A DNA stretch of 62,951 bases, filler included, from Reticulomyxa filosa (GCA_000512085.1; 21 parts of 21 records of this genome joined end to end with filler, not necessarily neighbours in it); one strand, 5' to 3'. Shown: positions 1-13,330, counted from the first letter of the whole stretch. A program made the numbers and translations. The notes: generated by a model not told the origin, from the sequence alone.

Positions 1-86
1 ATTAAATGTTGTTTTTTCATTTAGAAACACAATCATCTCTATAATGTGGCATTTTATGTGTCAATTTTCTTTTTTATCTTACTGTA
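1..86 (-). mobile_element. Tc1/mariner-like terminal inverted repeat (element continues left of the window)
   Basis: Reverse complement reads TA|CAGTAAGATAAAAAAGAAAATTGACACATAAAATGCCACATTATAGAGATGATTGTGTTTC, matching the copies at 8122 and 60635; TA target plus CAGT terminus. Confidence 0.8.
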
Positions 87-1771
87 TTAACTGATTTTCA
101 ACATTTTGTTTCTTAAACTTTTCATTTGCTACTTTCATTAAAATATTCATTGTTCTATTGTCACCGTATTTTAGATATTATTTTTATTAATTTGTTTAGT
201 TTTAATGACAGTTATTGACTAAATAATTACTTCAATATTACATTTTAGTCTTACTAACTCTTATATCATAACTGTAGTTGTAAATATTTTATTTTAGTTT
301 TTTTTAAATTTTGATTTTTTACATTTTCTGTAATAGTCATTATCACAATATAACATTTGCTTTGCATACTTTTAAGCAAATCATTAAGTAGTTCATGTTG
401 CCAAGTCAGTTAATATTATTTGATTTTTTTATATTATTTTTCGTCGCACTGGCAGACTAGCTCTTAAATATCTATTGTATTTGAAAGTCATTAATCTCGT
501 ATATTTACTTTGCAAAAAAAATTTTACTGGAGAATGCAAAAAGATTTTAAGATTGGATCTGCAATATGGTTTCCTTCAAATATCTTGGTTAATTTAAAAA
601 AGAATAATCAATATCTTTCAGCGCATTAGCCGCCTCTTTCTTTCTTCAGACAAATTGTCAGTACATTGAACAAAAGCAAACTAATGAATATTATCAGAAA
701 GCTTCTCGATCACACAACAGATGGCATACCAGTCATCATTTGGAAATCCGGATATTTCAACACAAAGTTCGAATGTGTTAGGCATAAGATTGCGATGCAA
801 GGATATCCACTTACAAAAAACAGTATCATATTGCAAGAAAGTTCATCCAAAGTAATTTTAAAAATTTGGCCGCAAATGGACATATGATTTTAGAGGAAAC
901 TACATTGTCCAGCAAATTATGCAAATCGCTCTCTTTACGAGCGGCAGGATCCAAAATGCCTTCAAGCGATTGAGGAAACATTTGAAATTGAATAGACACG
1001 TGCTCTAAGCACGAAAAGCATGTCGGCGACTGGCTCCGTTCTTCGGTGTTGTTGTCTCCCGCATGTTACAAAGCGCTCTGGAAAGCCAAAATAGCAAATC
1101 AAATCTTTGTTTAGTGTTAATATGCTTGCTTCGGTCGCATTCTCGTCTCGTCATTATTTTTCTCGTTATTTGTGCTTCGTTCACTTCTTATCATCTGTCT
1201 TATTTCTTTGTTCGTATATTCAATACACTGGTCCAAGGCTTTGCTGTCAAGTCCTGACAGCTCTGCTCTCAATAATCGAAAGACTGTGCTGCGCATCACA
1301 TTCGATGTTTTGGAACCGTACAGTTGGCTCGTTACTGCCAATAAATCATGGATGAAACTATCCACTTTTTTACGCTTGCCTAAAGTTTGTAAATTTTTAC
1401 TCAGCATACATAATCGAACAAATTTGTCTGGATTGATTGAGAACATTTGTATGGGTTTTACTTGTTTTGTTACCCTTTTTTTACTGCAACTCTACCGCAC
1501 GTTCCATTTTTACTTGGAAGTTTATATTTACAGATATTCAAATGAACAATTTATTTATACACTTTTGCTCATTAGTAACAATAATTTTTGATTATTTTAA
1601 TATTACTTCGCAGACTTTCGTAATTTTTTGTCCAATTTCCAACAGATTAGGATGTGCTGTTTTTTGGAAAGCGGGACTGTGACACAAAAAAAAAGAACTT
1701 TTAGTTTTTTTGTCGAAAATTTATAAATTTCAAAAACGAAATACCCGCAAAAATAGCAAATCCCAAACTAT

Positions 1772-2611
1772 TTGGAAAAATCTCGCTCTTGGCGAGTCAA
1801 TGTCCGGAACATTTGTCAAATTCGCCTTGTTTCCTGTTCGGTTCAAGAAGAAAAGGAAACTAGTCCAAAGTTCGACCAACCCCATTTCGAAGAATGGTGG
1901 CGCGTTGAGAACGAGGACAGCCGAGCTAGCGACATCAACACAAACACAGATACTGCTTCAAATGTCTCATCAGTGACGGTGAGACGGAGTGTCCATTGTG
2001 TCAAACACGACTTTTGAAAAACCTCATTCACATGCAAGACCACGTCAAACGTTGCCTATTCCAAGGTATTCTTTTTTTTTCCTTTTGTCTTTCAATATTA
2101 AAAAAATGTTGTGTGGGGAAAGTGCGATTATGCGAGGCTTGCTTGACATGGTACGATTCAAAGAAAGATTTAACATTGCACAAAAATCTGCACAAAAAGA
2201 CAGTCAATAAACTGCCTTGTTGTGTTCGATGCTTGCAATGCCAAAAGACGTTCAAAACACAACGATTGCTGACGTATCATGTCCAAAAAGTGCACGAAAA
2301 ACGCTTCCAGTGTAGTAACTGTCTCAAAAAGTTTGGGACAATGTTTGATTTGAATATTCACGCTCGTGTTCATCGGCAAGAGAAACCCTTGGCTTGTCAG
2401 TTTTGTTTCAAGCCATTTGCTGACCCGTCCGCTTTAAGGCGGCATGTGACGTCACTTCATTGTTTTGGAATAAAATCTTTCACCTGTCTAATGTGCAATA
2501 AATTGTTTAAACGGTAAGCTTTTTTTTTTTTTGCTTTTTTTTTTATTGCTTTTCATCTTATAAAAAAAAAGGAAATCTTGCTTGCATCGTCATATGGGAA
2601 AACACGTTTGA
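1772..2611 (+). CDS. Multi-C2H2 zinc finger protein
   Basis: Tandem CxxC...HxxxH fingers (e.g. FQCSNCLKKFGTMFDLNIHARVH, linker RQEKPLAC). Intron 2514-2571 completes the last finger (KR|KSCLHRHMGKHV*). 5' end uncertain; frame change near 2000. Confidence 0.85.
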
Positions 2612-3429
2612 ACGCAAAAGAAAGATTGAAGCCGGGACAATAGTCGTGTTTGTGTGATTTGATTGAGCACTTTCCAAAAAAAATGCTATCAAAGTTTTTT
2701 TACTAAAATGAAAGAATAAAGTGTTTGTTAGATTCGCTATCCTCTTTCAAAGCTACTTCAAAAATTCAATTAAAAAACTCACAAAACTGTAAAAAAAGTC
2801 TTCCTTCCTGAAATTGCAAGTAACAAAAATTCATTGAGAACCGAAAATCCAACATTGCAATATATTCAAACAATATTAGCAGAATCAAATTTTTGAATTT
2901 GATTTGTTTTCCTTCAAAAAAAGTTCAAATAAAAAATATCTCGAAATCAAAATCATAAACATAAAAGGCAAGGCAGATAAAATACCAGCTGGAACAGAAA
3001 CAATTGTTCCGATATGATCAATTATGCAAAGACAAGCGTAAAAACACTGTTATCGCAACTCGACAATTGGGTAGTGGATTAAAAACCAAGTTAATCCCAA
3101 ATGAGTTAAAGCTGCGTTTTTTGTTAGAAGAAATTGATTCAAATAAAAAACCGGTATGGTGCCATAAACAAGGAAAATACAACAAACAACAAAACAAAAA
3201 ATACCAGTTTCAAAATTGTGGCAAGGTTATTTTTCAATGATTTATATAAGGAAAGAATTTTTTAAAAAGAAATCACAAGACAGATTCGACTTGTCTAAGC
3301 AAGGTGTTGTTATTTGGTTTAATATATTCGTCATTTTGCTTGTCTTGATGAGGGTGGTAAGATTTAGTCATCATGTCATATGACAATGGCGATAACAAAG
3401 AAAATGTTTGAATTGGTGCTTTTTTGGCA

Positions 3430-5367
3430 TCAGTATCGATTTCCGTTGTCAAAATTATTTACTTCTCTTTCAGACATTTGCAGCCATTCGCCATAATTTG
3501 CATTTTTTTGGCACTAATGGAACTGGTAAACCAGGGCGCCACACCTAAACATTGTTTGAAAATGGTACAGCGAGATATTTATTAGAAAAACAAAATAAGA
3601 AGAATCAATTCGTACCTCTGGAAACTGAGTGACTGGAGTTCCATCATTGCTGTACTCCATCACATAGAAGCCTGGACGAAATGGTCGCATACGTACACGA
3701 TATCTATTTACGTATGTTTGAATATTTTCCCGCTGGGTAGTGAACTGGGAAAGAAAATAAAAATAATGAGAGTAAAAGAGTACGAAATGATTAGAAGCAT
3801 ACCCCAAGAAGCAAATAAATCCTATAAAAATGCAATGGATAAGTAAAGTGTTGATCCATGGGGACTCGACAAACAATGGATCAAAAAATTGCAACACGAT
3901 ATGTGCCAATAAAAATCCCCCAACGGCTGTTTGCAGAGATTGAAAGACAGAAATTTTAATGTTGATTGGGGCATCTTTGTCTTCCATCATTTGAGGACAT
4001 TCAATTTCCAAAAGTTCCTTTTGTCCTTTCAAGTCTCTCATATTGAACATCCAACAACTTAAAACGCGATACAAGCCCAATACTAGGGCAAATGCAACAA
4101 CAATGGCAATGGACAGACAATAGTAGCTGGCTACAGTGCTCGCAACAAATAATAAAAACCACACACCAATTTCCACATATTGCCGACGACCTTCCAACCC
4201 ATTTCGTAACCAATTCCAGCCCTCGGCCAATAGTATCAATGACAAAAATAACCACCCATCTGCTAACGAATCTGTCAGTCTGACAGAAAAGGATAGATCG
4301 AATGATTCCACTCCTTTCTTACTGCAATAGACCCAAAAAAAATGCCACAGGACACAGCTCACAACTTTCAAAAGAGGATAAAGCGACACCAAGCGATGAT
4401 ATTTAATGTTGAAGTGTTTGTAACGATACCAGTGCACAATCCAGACGACGCTGACCAAAGCCCAAAGGAGTCCAAGGAAGATATAAAGTTGTTTGTAAGG
4501 AATTTCCGATAATGACAAGTATTCGTTCTTCCCATTTTTCGCCGTCAAGTGATATTGTGCCTTTTTACCAAAAAAAAAAAACTTATTCAATCTACTTTCT
4601 TTTGTTTCATTTCATTATGGCAATTGAAAGTAGATTCAACGCAAAACGTGTGTAACTGCGCATATGCACGCAAAACATAAAAAAAACAAAACTCGGTACT
4701 TGTAACCGCTTTCGTCACAATTGACAGCTAACATAGTCAATGTTTGGGTTTTGGTGGAAGTGAAATCATAGTCTATGCTCAATTCGCTGTCGTCGTTAAT
4801 ATAACCGTTCCAAACACAGGAAAAAGATTCAATTTGTCCACAAAATGCGGATACGGTGCGATACGCTTTAATCTCGTCTAATTCTTTATCCGTGCTGTTC
4901 CGACAACAAAATTTTTTTTTGCAAATGAAGAATACGTTGATACAACACATTTGCAGATATTTGACGTACCAGTGATATAAACGCAGCGTATGGACCGCTT
5001 TAGTGTTGTCATTTTCACTCAAAATACGACGGTCAGCACTCTGTTGAAACCAACAATAAGTACACACACAATTGTAGGATTCACATTTTTATTTTGATAT
5101 TCACAGTCCAACAGATTAGTTACATTCGTCTCCTGCTTTTCAGTTTGGATCTGCATATGCAACTCACCACTTTTTCCATATTTAAACTGATGTAATGTTC
5201 GTACTTCGTGACCGATACTTACTGTGTTTTTTTCAATCTGTCATCATCACAAAAATAAAAATTTTCTTACATGTGGACACCACTTTCGTTTGCGCTAACG
5301 TTAGGCAGACAAAATTCTTGTACAGACCATTGAAAAACAACAGTAGAATGACAAAAAAATCCAACAT
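3430..5367 (-). CDS. GPR107/GPR108/TMEM87-like (lung 7TM family) membrane protein, multi-exon
   Basis: Signal-like start MLDFFVILLLFF at 5367, luminal domain, YLSLSEIPYKQLY motif before TM1, about 7 hydrophobic helices in ORF 3514-4590; 3' end approximate. Confidence 0.7.
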
Positions 5368-5764
5368 AAAATTGATAGCATCTTTTCTTGTAATTTATTA
5401 ATTAATTACGTCGGAAATCTGTCAAAGACTGAACCTACTCCTTTTTAAAACTTGGAAAGTGGATTGTAATGATCACACATGCATATATATTTATCATTAG
5501 AGTCTTTTTTTGGAGCAATAAAAGTTAATTTAATGACAACTTGATCATATTTATTCGATGAGTATTGTTTGAAAACAAAACTTTTATACATTACTGCAAA
5601 GAAAGTTGTTGTTCAGTCAACGAATGTTTATTGCAGTTCTGAGGACGGAGGAAAAATAGTAACACGCAAAAATCGTATAAATGTGCCTCCCCAACACAAC
5701 CCCTCAGCAAAATGCACACCCAAACAAACTTTTCAACAACCTTTTTTCATTGAAGTGTTTTCAA

Positions 5765-7763
5765 TTAAATGAATGCCGAAGAATTAAGATCCCAAACTCT
5801 GGCCACTTTGTTGATTGAGTTCATCATTGCGGCAGTTCTGAAGTCCACGTTCTATATATCATACAGTTAAAAACAAGAAAGTAAAATCCATGCCTAGTTG
5901 TCTTTATTTCAAGGCAGTCAAAACTTTATTTTTAGCATAAGTGCAAATTTGACCCAGTGCATCTGCCATCGAATCTTCCAATCCGCTGTAAGTGAAATCT
6001 CTTTCACTTGCCTAAGTAATATACAAACATATTAACCAATGTCATGGCAATATCAATTTGCAAAAAAATATGAAGGAAACCAATTAACTCCTTGGCCAAT
6101 AAGCTCTTCCATTTTAGGTGTCAACGTGGTGACTTGCTTCAATGCTGACACAATGGCATGTCCACGATTTCCTTCCATTCGTTTGGTTAATCTTCCCCAA
6201 CGAACATGACTTAAATTCTTCAACCATTCAAAGTAAGAAACGACGACACCTCCAGCGTTCATATACATATCTGGCAAAATAATCACTCCATTTTGGGTCA
6301 AGTGCTTATGAGCTCGGAATGAAGTAGGACCGTTGGCTGCCTCAGCTATAACTTTTGCCCTGATATTTTTCATGTTTCCTTCATTGATGACCATTTCTTT
6401 TGCAGCTGGGATCAATATGTCACACTCTGTTTCCAATACTTTAACACTGTCTTTGGAAAATGTGCCCTTGGCATAGCCTTGAAAAGTTCCATGTTTCAAC
6501 CAATGTTTGTGCAGCGCCTCAACGTCTATTCCGTTTTTGTCATACAAGAAACCATTGAATTCTCCGATTGCTATCACTTTGCAATCTTGCGACATAAATT
6601 TGGCTGCATGGTATCCTACATTACCAAATCCTTGAACCACCACCGTTTTGCCAGACAACCCGACGCTTTTTTTTTTTGTTTAAAACATGAACTTTTTCAA
6701 TTGCAACTAGTTTTTTTTTGTCCCCTTTTTTTCTTTCTCTTTCGGATAAATGCGTATATATACCCGATGTCATTACGGAAATCAGCAACTCGGTCAAAAA
6801 AGTGTTTCAATGCATAATAAACTCCCAAGCCAGTGGCCTCTGTACGACCATCAATTCCACCAACTTCACGAGGTTTTCCAGTAACCACACCTGGCCCATC
6901 AGTATCCCATCGGTGCATCATTTGGTATTGATCACGGACCCAAGCCATTTCTCGAGACCCAGTACCAATATCTGGAGCAGGTACATCAATGCCGGGTCCG
7001 ATCACTTGGAAACATATCAACTCTGTTGCGTATGCACGAATGACTTTTTCCATCTCTCGTGGAGACAATTGCTTGGGATTTAAACGTATACCACCTTTTG
7101 CACCTAATTTTCGTTGTTTTATTTTTTCCAAAATTTGTTTCTTTTATCATGAAAATTAATCAATAAATAAAATTTTAACCTCCAAAAGGAACGTCCAAGC
7201 ACGCACATTTCCATGTCATCAACATTGCCAATGCCATTGTTTCTTGTAAGTCCACTTCTTCGGAAACACGGATACCACCTTTTACTGGTAAGCGGTGGTG
7301 ACTGTGTTGTGCTCGGTACGCGTACACTGTGTGTAAGTTGCCTTCGTCATCCTAACAAAAAAATTTTTGGATAATTTTTTTTAACCACAATTTCCCTCCA
7401 AACGTTCATACACAAAAAAAAAGTTTTATATGAATGTTAAACTCTGAAAGGAAAAGTAATGCGAAATACTGTTCGGCATTCTTCCAATATTTTTAATATT
7501 CCCGGGTTCACATCACATAATGATGCCGCTCCATCAAAAAATTTGCGGGTGTCGTTCAAAAAGTCCTTTCCTTCTCCATGTGGTGCCGAGCTCTCAGCAA
7601 AACGGCGGGATTGGACTCCATAGGGTGATACGCGTAATATTTTTGAAAAGGTTGTTTGTTTTACTGGGCTTGTTCGCGACGCGAGCCGAAAATTTTTTGT
7701 AACTACAGTGGAAAATGTTCGCTTGTTGAAGCGAGTGTATCGTCGTAATGCAACACCGAACAT
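5765..7763 (-). CDS. GDH: Mitochondrial glutamate dehydrogenase (NAD(P)+), multi-exon
   Basis: Arg-rich presequence; KGGIR, DVPFGGAKGGI, DVPAPDIGT, GVVTGKP, GRTEATGLGV, VQGFGNVG, AEAANGPT and NAGGVVVSYFEWLKNL motifs; intron 6666-6763 restores the frame; ends ...VWDLNSSAFI*. Confidence 0.97.
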
Positions 7764-8121
7764 TGCTAGGCTTGGATAATGAAAACACCTCCAAAAATGG
7801 AAACGCGAAAAAAGGACAAAAATTGGTTGAAGTTAAAAAAAAAGGACTGTACCAAGCGTTGACTTTAGGAAGTGCTTGATTTAGTTGAATATTCCTTATT
7901 TAAGAACTGGTATAATGCAATCAACTGAGGCAGCATGTGACTGAAAGCTTTTTGCGTGCAATATTATTGTATTTTGTGATTATAACATCACTTTGCTAAA
8001 TCATGACTTCGATGAACGTACAAAGAAAATTACACTGTCCAAAGAAATGAAGGACAAATGACTATACTTTGTCGTAATAAAAACTTTCTTTTTTGACACA
8101 TTACTTGCACGAATGAACTCT

Positions 8122-8870
8122 TACAGTACATTAGGATAAAAAGAAAGTTGACACCTAAAATGCCACCTTATAGAGATGATTGTGTTTCTACATGAAAAAA
8201 CAATATTTAATCAAAATTTTTTAAAAATATCTACGAATAGTGTAGTTTTTAAATATCATTTTGGTTTTTTATTAAGTCTTTACAATTTTTTCAAAATTTT
8301 AATCTTTCATTTATTTTAAAAAAAATTTTTTGTAGTTGCCTGATTATCATAAGATTTGTTTTTTAAAATTTAATTCAAGTTTATCAACGTGTTAAAGCTC
8401 TTTTGGCTTTTTTAACTGACTGTATTTTCTTTGACATCGACTTTATTAAGGTTTTACAATGTTTGCTTTTATTTTTTTCAATTCTGTTTGAATTAGTTAC
8501 AAAGTTTTTCCTTGGTATTAAATGGTCCTTTTTTGTAAATCGTTGTATTTACTATCAACCAAAGATTTTCAATTGGATTTAAATCAGGTGAATTTGTAAG
8601 AAAATTCATTGTTTTAACTATTTCGTAATTTTTTCCGACTTATGGCATGTTGAATTATCTTGCTGGAAAATCCAATCTTCTTTATTTTATAAGCAGAAAT
8701 TGACGATATTTAGTATTTCGTCAGATAAAATTTATATATATCAGTATTTACTCCATCTCGCAAGCGTAATCTGTTCATAATGCTCCAAAACATGACCAGA
8801 CTAAAATGCTTCCACCAAATCTTGCTATTCTTGTTATGGAATTTTCATCTAATAGTTGTCATCAATATTT
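8122..8870 (-). mobile_element. Decayed Tc1/mariner DNA transposon: one TIR (8122-~8270) and a DDE transposase pseudogene (~8385-8860)
   Basis: Minus-strand translation gives ARFGGSILVWSCFG (8786-8826), WIFQQDNSTCHKS (~8640-8676) and NSPDLNPIENLW (~8559-8595), with stops and frameshifts; the TIR lies downstream of the transposase. Confidence 0.88.
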
Positions 8871-9029
8871 CGGCAACAAAATAATTAAAATGACAAAAAT
8901 CAACACATAACACATAAAAAAAAAAAGGTAAATCTTAAAAATTGTTTAAAAAAAATTGTCAAATTTCATGACTACGAGAAAAACGCGATTGTCAACTTTT
9001 TTTAAGAAATTTTACCAAATCAAATGAAA

Positions 9030-9129
9030 NNNNNNNNNNNNNNNNNNNNNNNNNNNNNNNNNNNNNNNNNNNNTTAATTAATTAANNNNNNNNNNNNNNN
9101 NNNNNNNNNNNNNNNNNNNNNNNNNNNNN
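9030..9129. other. Artificial contig-joining spacer (first of 20)
   Basis: Identical N44-TTAATTAATTAA-N44 blocks (stops in all six frames) start at 9030, 12033, 13706, 15511, 16926, 19677, 21666, 23697, 25927, 28670, 30674, 32563, 33714, 39117, 47333, 49429, 51619, 55204, 60673 and 61852; genes and base composition break abruptly at them. Confidence 0.98.
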
Positions 9130-9568
9130 CAAACTCGTTTTTAAAGATAGTTGTCAAATCGATTTCAGTAGGCTTCAAAGTTTTATTGTGAAACAGACTT
9201 ATCGATTTTGAGCGTATATACATTTTGTTCCTCTTTCGAGTAAGACCTATATAAGGCTGGAGATGGTAATTCTAAATCGTTTTATGTTCGCAATTACACC
9301 CCAAAATTTCGTACATGTTAATAATTGCTTATCAATAAAATCAAAAGCAATCTGATAATAAACTGGTTAGATTCCAAAATAACAATAAAAGTTAAAAATC
9401 GCAGAATTAGGCTCGATTGTCACACACTTTTAAGAGTGTTTAAGAAAGCTTATAGGCCAATAACTATAACAACGTCTGTGTTACACATGGAGACAATAAA
9501 AATTATAAACCAGTTCTTTTCTAAAATGCATGCTAACAGTGACAGTTTAGAAGGGGCACGCAAATAAA

Positions 9569-10998
9569 ATGGCTCCAGAAAAATATTATTTATCCATTTC
9601 GTCTCTGCTAAATTTATTTATCTCTCCTTATTTTACCTACAAAATAATGTACTGGAAAAATTTTGCAAGAGCACTTTTGGTTACGAGAGCGATAATAGGT
9701 ATAATCCTTCTGGGACTTTCAGTTTCAAGTTCGGGATCAATTAACAACACATCGATGGTGGGATATGAATATTTTAATGTTGGTTAAATCCAAGACAATA
9801 ATCATAATTCATCATAAATTATGACACTAAAGCAGCGCTAGAATATTTGAAAGTATATGGAGTGCAAATTTGGTTGGACAGGGAGGCTGACATGTGGCTC
9901 CAAGTGACAATGCAAGACTGTCTAACGCAGCAAAAAAAATTTGTTTTCAGAGCAATATTTATGGTGTAACTACGATCATAACATTATGCCAATGGAACGA
10001 CGGAAGCTTTTTCACAGCTGGCACGCTCATAAGCGTAGCTTTTGTCAATTATTTCTTCACCTTCCAATACGCTATAATACAGCGGTTTTCTCAACAAAAA
10101 TTAGGTTATATACTGCAATCATGTCCTTATAATTCTTACAGTTATTCTACTTATTATTCGTCAAATGTGCCATCACAAACTTATTATTACTTAACCAATA
10201 TGACCAGACCATTGACTCCGTTTCTGCTACATTTTCTGTAATATTATATATGTATACGTATATATATACATCTACATATATACGTATAACCTGAAAAAAA
10301 AAAAGAGTCTTTTCACTCAAATTTTTAGATAAGTTTAGGCTACAGCAGTGAAACGGGTTTTGACACCTGTTTGACGGTCGAACGAATCCCAGATTTGGAT
10401 TCCCTTACAAAAGTGCTCAGTTATGATTATAACCCTTTGGCAAGCGATAAAGATAATATTGTTTGTTCTAACTGCAGTTATGGAATAACTTGCGATTCTT
10501 ATCTTGAACGAATATTATACGCAGACAGCCGATTTTTCATTTCCGTTTTCTTCCTTGTTTATGAATATCCATCGATCATTGTATTACCTTATATCAGTCG
10601 ATTTGCCATTGGCTTATTGCAACTCCATTTGGCATGATGAAGGTACCTCCAAACTTGTCCTTATTTAGCTATAATGTGGCTCAAACCTATTAATTTTGGC
10701 TGTGTTTTTTTTGTTGGCATCGTCACTATCATCATTTGGTTATGTTCGTATTCTCAAGTCCGTTCAAAATGTTGGAATGGACGACAATGCCTTGTCGACT
10801 GCGTTATCAGGTTTTGCTGCGTGCATGCAAGGAAAGAGGAATCGTGGATATACTGATTGGCTATTGAATGATCTGGAAAACGTCCCTGAGCTATATCTTT
10901 TGCGCGGCGATGCCACGATTGCGAGGTATGGTCTTTTTGACCCAACCACCATGCAAGAAGCAAATTCTCGTCAGTCATTGCTATCCATATACAATTAA
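9569..10998 (+). pseudogene. Disrupted putative membrane protein, unknown family
   Basis: Successive short hydrophobic ORFs in different frames, separated by stops and an AT-repeat intron-like tract; no family motif recognised. Confidence 0.3.
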
Positions 10999-12176
10999 AC
11001 TACTTTTCCACTTGTAGCACTTTTTTTTTTTAAAAAAAAAAAAACCAAAAAAAAAACCGAGCTAGTTGATAACTATGGACAAATAAGACTTTTTTGGAAA
11101 GAGCTCTGTATTTACGATTATTGATTGATTGTTCCAGATCAACAATTGTGCTCCTTGTTACAAACACATGAACAGCGAATTTCCAGGGAGATCATTATTT
11201 TTGTCCAAAAAAATAAAGATAAGAGTGAGTCATTGCAAATGTCTGTTTACAAGTTTCAATGTAATGAGTTTAAAAAAAAAAAAATAAGCGTGTCTTTTTT
11301 TTTTAAAAAAAATAGCAAATCAAAAAGGGATACATATGTGTCGAGAAGTAGTTCGTGAAAAACTCTTATTTTACTACATTACAACAAGTAGGTTTTGACA
11401 GTACCAAAACCAAGTTTGAACTATCACCATAAAAAAAAATAAAAAAAGAGCGCGATTAAGCGAGTGTAAAAACAATGATTCGATCAGCTTAAAGTTAGGC
11501 TCAAAGTATAAATAAAATAGACAAACAGCAGCAAAAACAATTGAAGAACTGTTGCTGCACTTTGCTTCTGACCCTTGGTAAGACTTTTTCTACATTTTTA
11601 TTTGTGAGTTTTTGAGCCTTTCAAAAAAAACAATCTTTTCTGATAGTATATATTTCCGCTGGTTATATTTGCGTTATTTTATCATGTCCTACTTCGAAGG
11701 TAAAGGTGGCATTGTAAGATAATAGTCTGTTTGGAGCAATACTAAATAACCTCTTTTGGTGTGTCAACCAAAAAAAAAAGACAAAACTGGAAGCAAAAGG
11801 TCAAAGAAGTCGAGTTCCAGAAACTCAACAAGCAAGCGTGGGAGTGGACACATCGAAGAGGCGTCCAACTTGTCTGGCAGCCTTTCGAAAGCCACTCTCC
11901 CCAATGAACGAGACGTAGATGAACATTATGAAAAATTACGTGAGTTTCATGGTGATTTTTCGACTCAGGTTTTTGTATATACGTATCACCGACTAAAGAG
12001 TGACAAACTTGAATTTGTGTGTGTGTCTCCCCNNNNNNNNNNNNNNNNNNNNNNNNNNNNNNNNNNNNNNNNNNNNTTAATTAATTAANNNNNNNNNNNN
12101 NNNNNNNNNNNNNNNNNNNNNNNNNNNNNNNNTTTTTTTTTTTTTTGTTTTTGTTTTCTTTACGTATAAAAAAAGG

Positions 12177-13298
12177 GCTATAGCATCAGCTTAAAGCAAG
12201 TGCGAGAAAGTATGTCGAAACAAAGGATACGTAAAAGTAATGAGCACATGCGACTGCACCTGCGGTCGTACGGAACGCAAATTGTGGTGTCGCTATGTTG
12301 CTATGGGTTTTTATTTTCGACGGGCGGATTTTCGTACCTCGGGGCGTTGTTTTGGGAGTTGGAATCGACAGTATCAAACATGTGCGTGTTTGTGTTGTTC
12401 GAACGACGAGAAGACTCGTGGTGTCTGGGATGTTTGCAAAGACATTCTTGTCGCACATTGCTCCAACACGTTGTGCCATGGATGAGCACTATGTCTGTCG
12501 TGCAGTCGGACAATGGCAACAATGGCGGTGGGAGCATCATAGTCAACGATCACAATCACAATCACAATCGCGATCGCGCAAGAAGCACATCATCAGCACA
12601 TGGTGGGGGTAGCACATTGCCCAGTCTCCTCGCCAATCGAAGTGCGTCGAACTTGTTCCCCAATCAGTGGGGACGTGGCACCACCACCACCACCACCACA
12701 CGCGGACGCGCAGATACGTTTGAAAGGGAGACGGAAATCGTGTCTGTGGACGAGGGCGTAAAAAAAGATATCCCGACAGTCGAGCACTTGCATGGCAACC
12801 TGATGTCCAATGATGACATGCATTCGATGGCAGGCCACAACGATACCATTGCGACGGCGAGGAGTGCTGATGCTGTCGATCTCAGTGCTGGCGTTGACAT
12901 ACATACCATTGAAGAGGAGCACGACCACGATCAAGAACAGGACGAACAGCTGAATCGTGTCACAGATATTCCCAATGTAATGCGACCCAAGGATGCGAAA
13001 GCGCGCGCTAGCGGCAATAATCAACATGGCGGTGCTTTGAAAAATAACAATCGTAAAAGCGAGCAAGTCGTCACTCCGGCTGTCGTTGCCAAACACTCGC
13101 ACTCGCCCGTCTGGCTGTCCCAAACGCAACGCTACAAACCGCGTCAGCCACTCAATACAAAGATACAAAAGCAAGACCTGTTGCCTACTGAAATCGATGT
13201 CCACGCAGAGCCTATTTCAGATGATGAACAGATTGACGTTAACCAAAAAAAAAAAAAAAAAAGAATGTTCTTTTTTTTTTTTTTTCAAATAAATAATA

Positions 13299-13330
<32 letters not shown>

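Noticed and set aside
600-1446. Minus-strand coding-like region upstream of the zinc finger gene
   Set aside because: Several stops and frame changes, no identifiable family; possibly a pseudogene but unsupported
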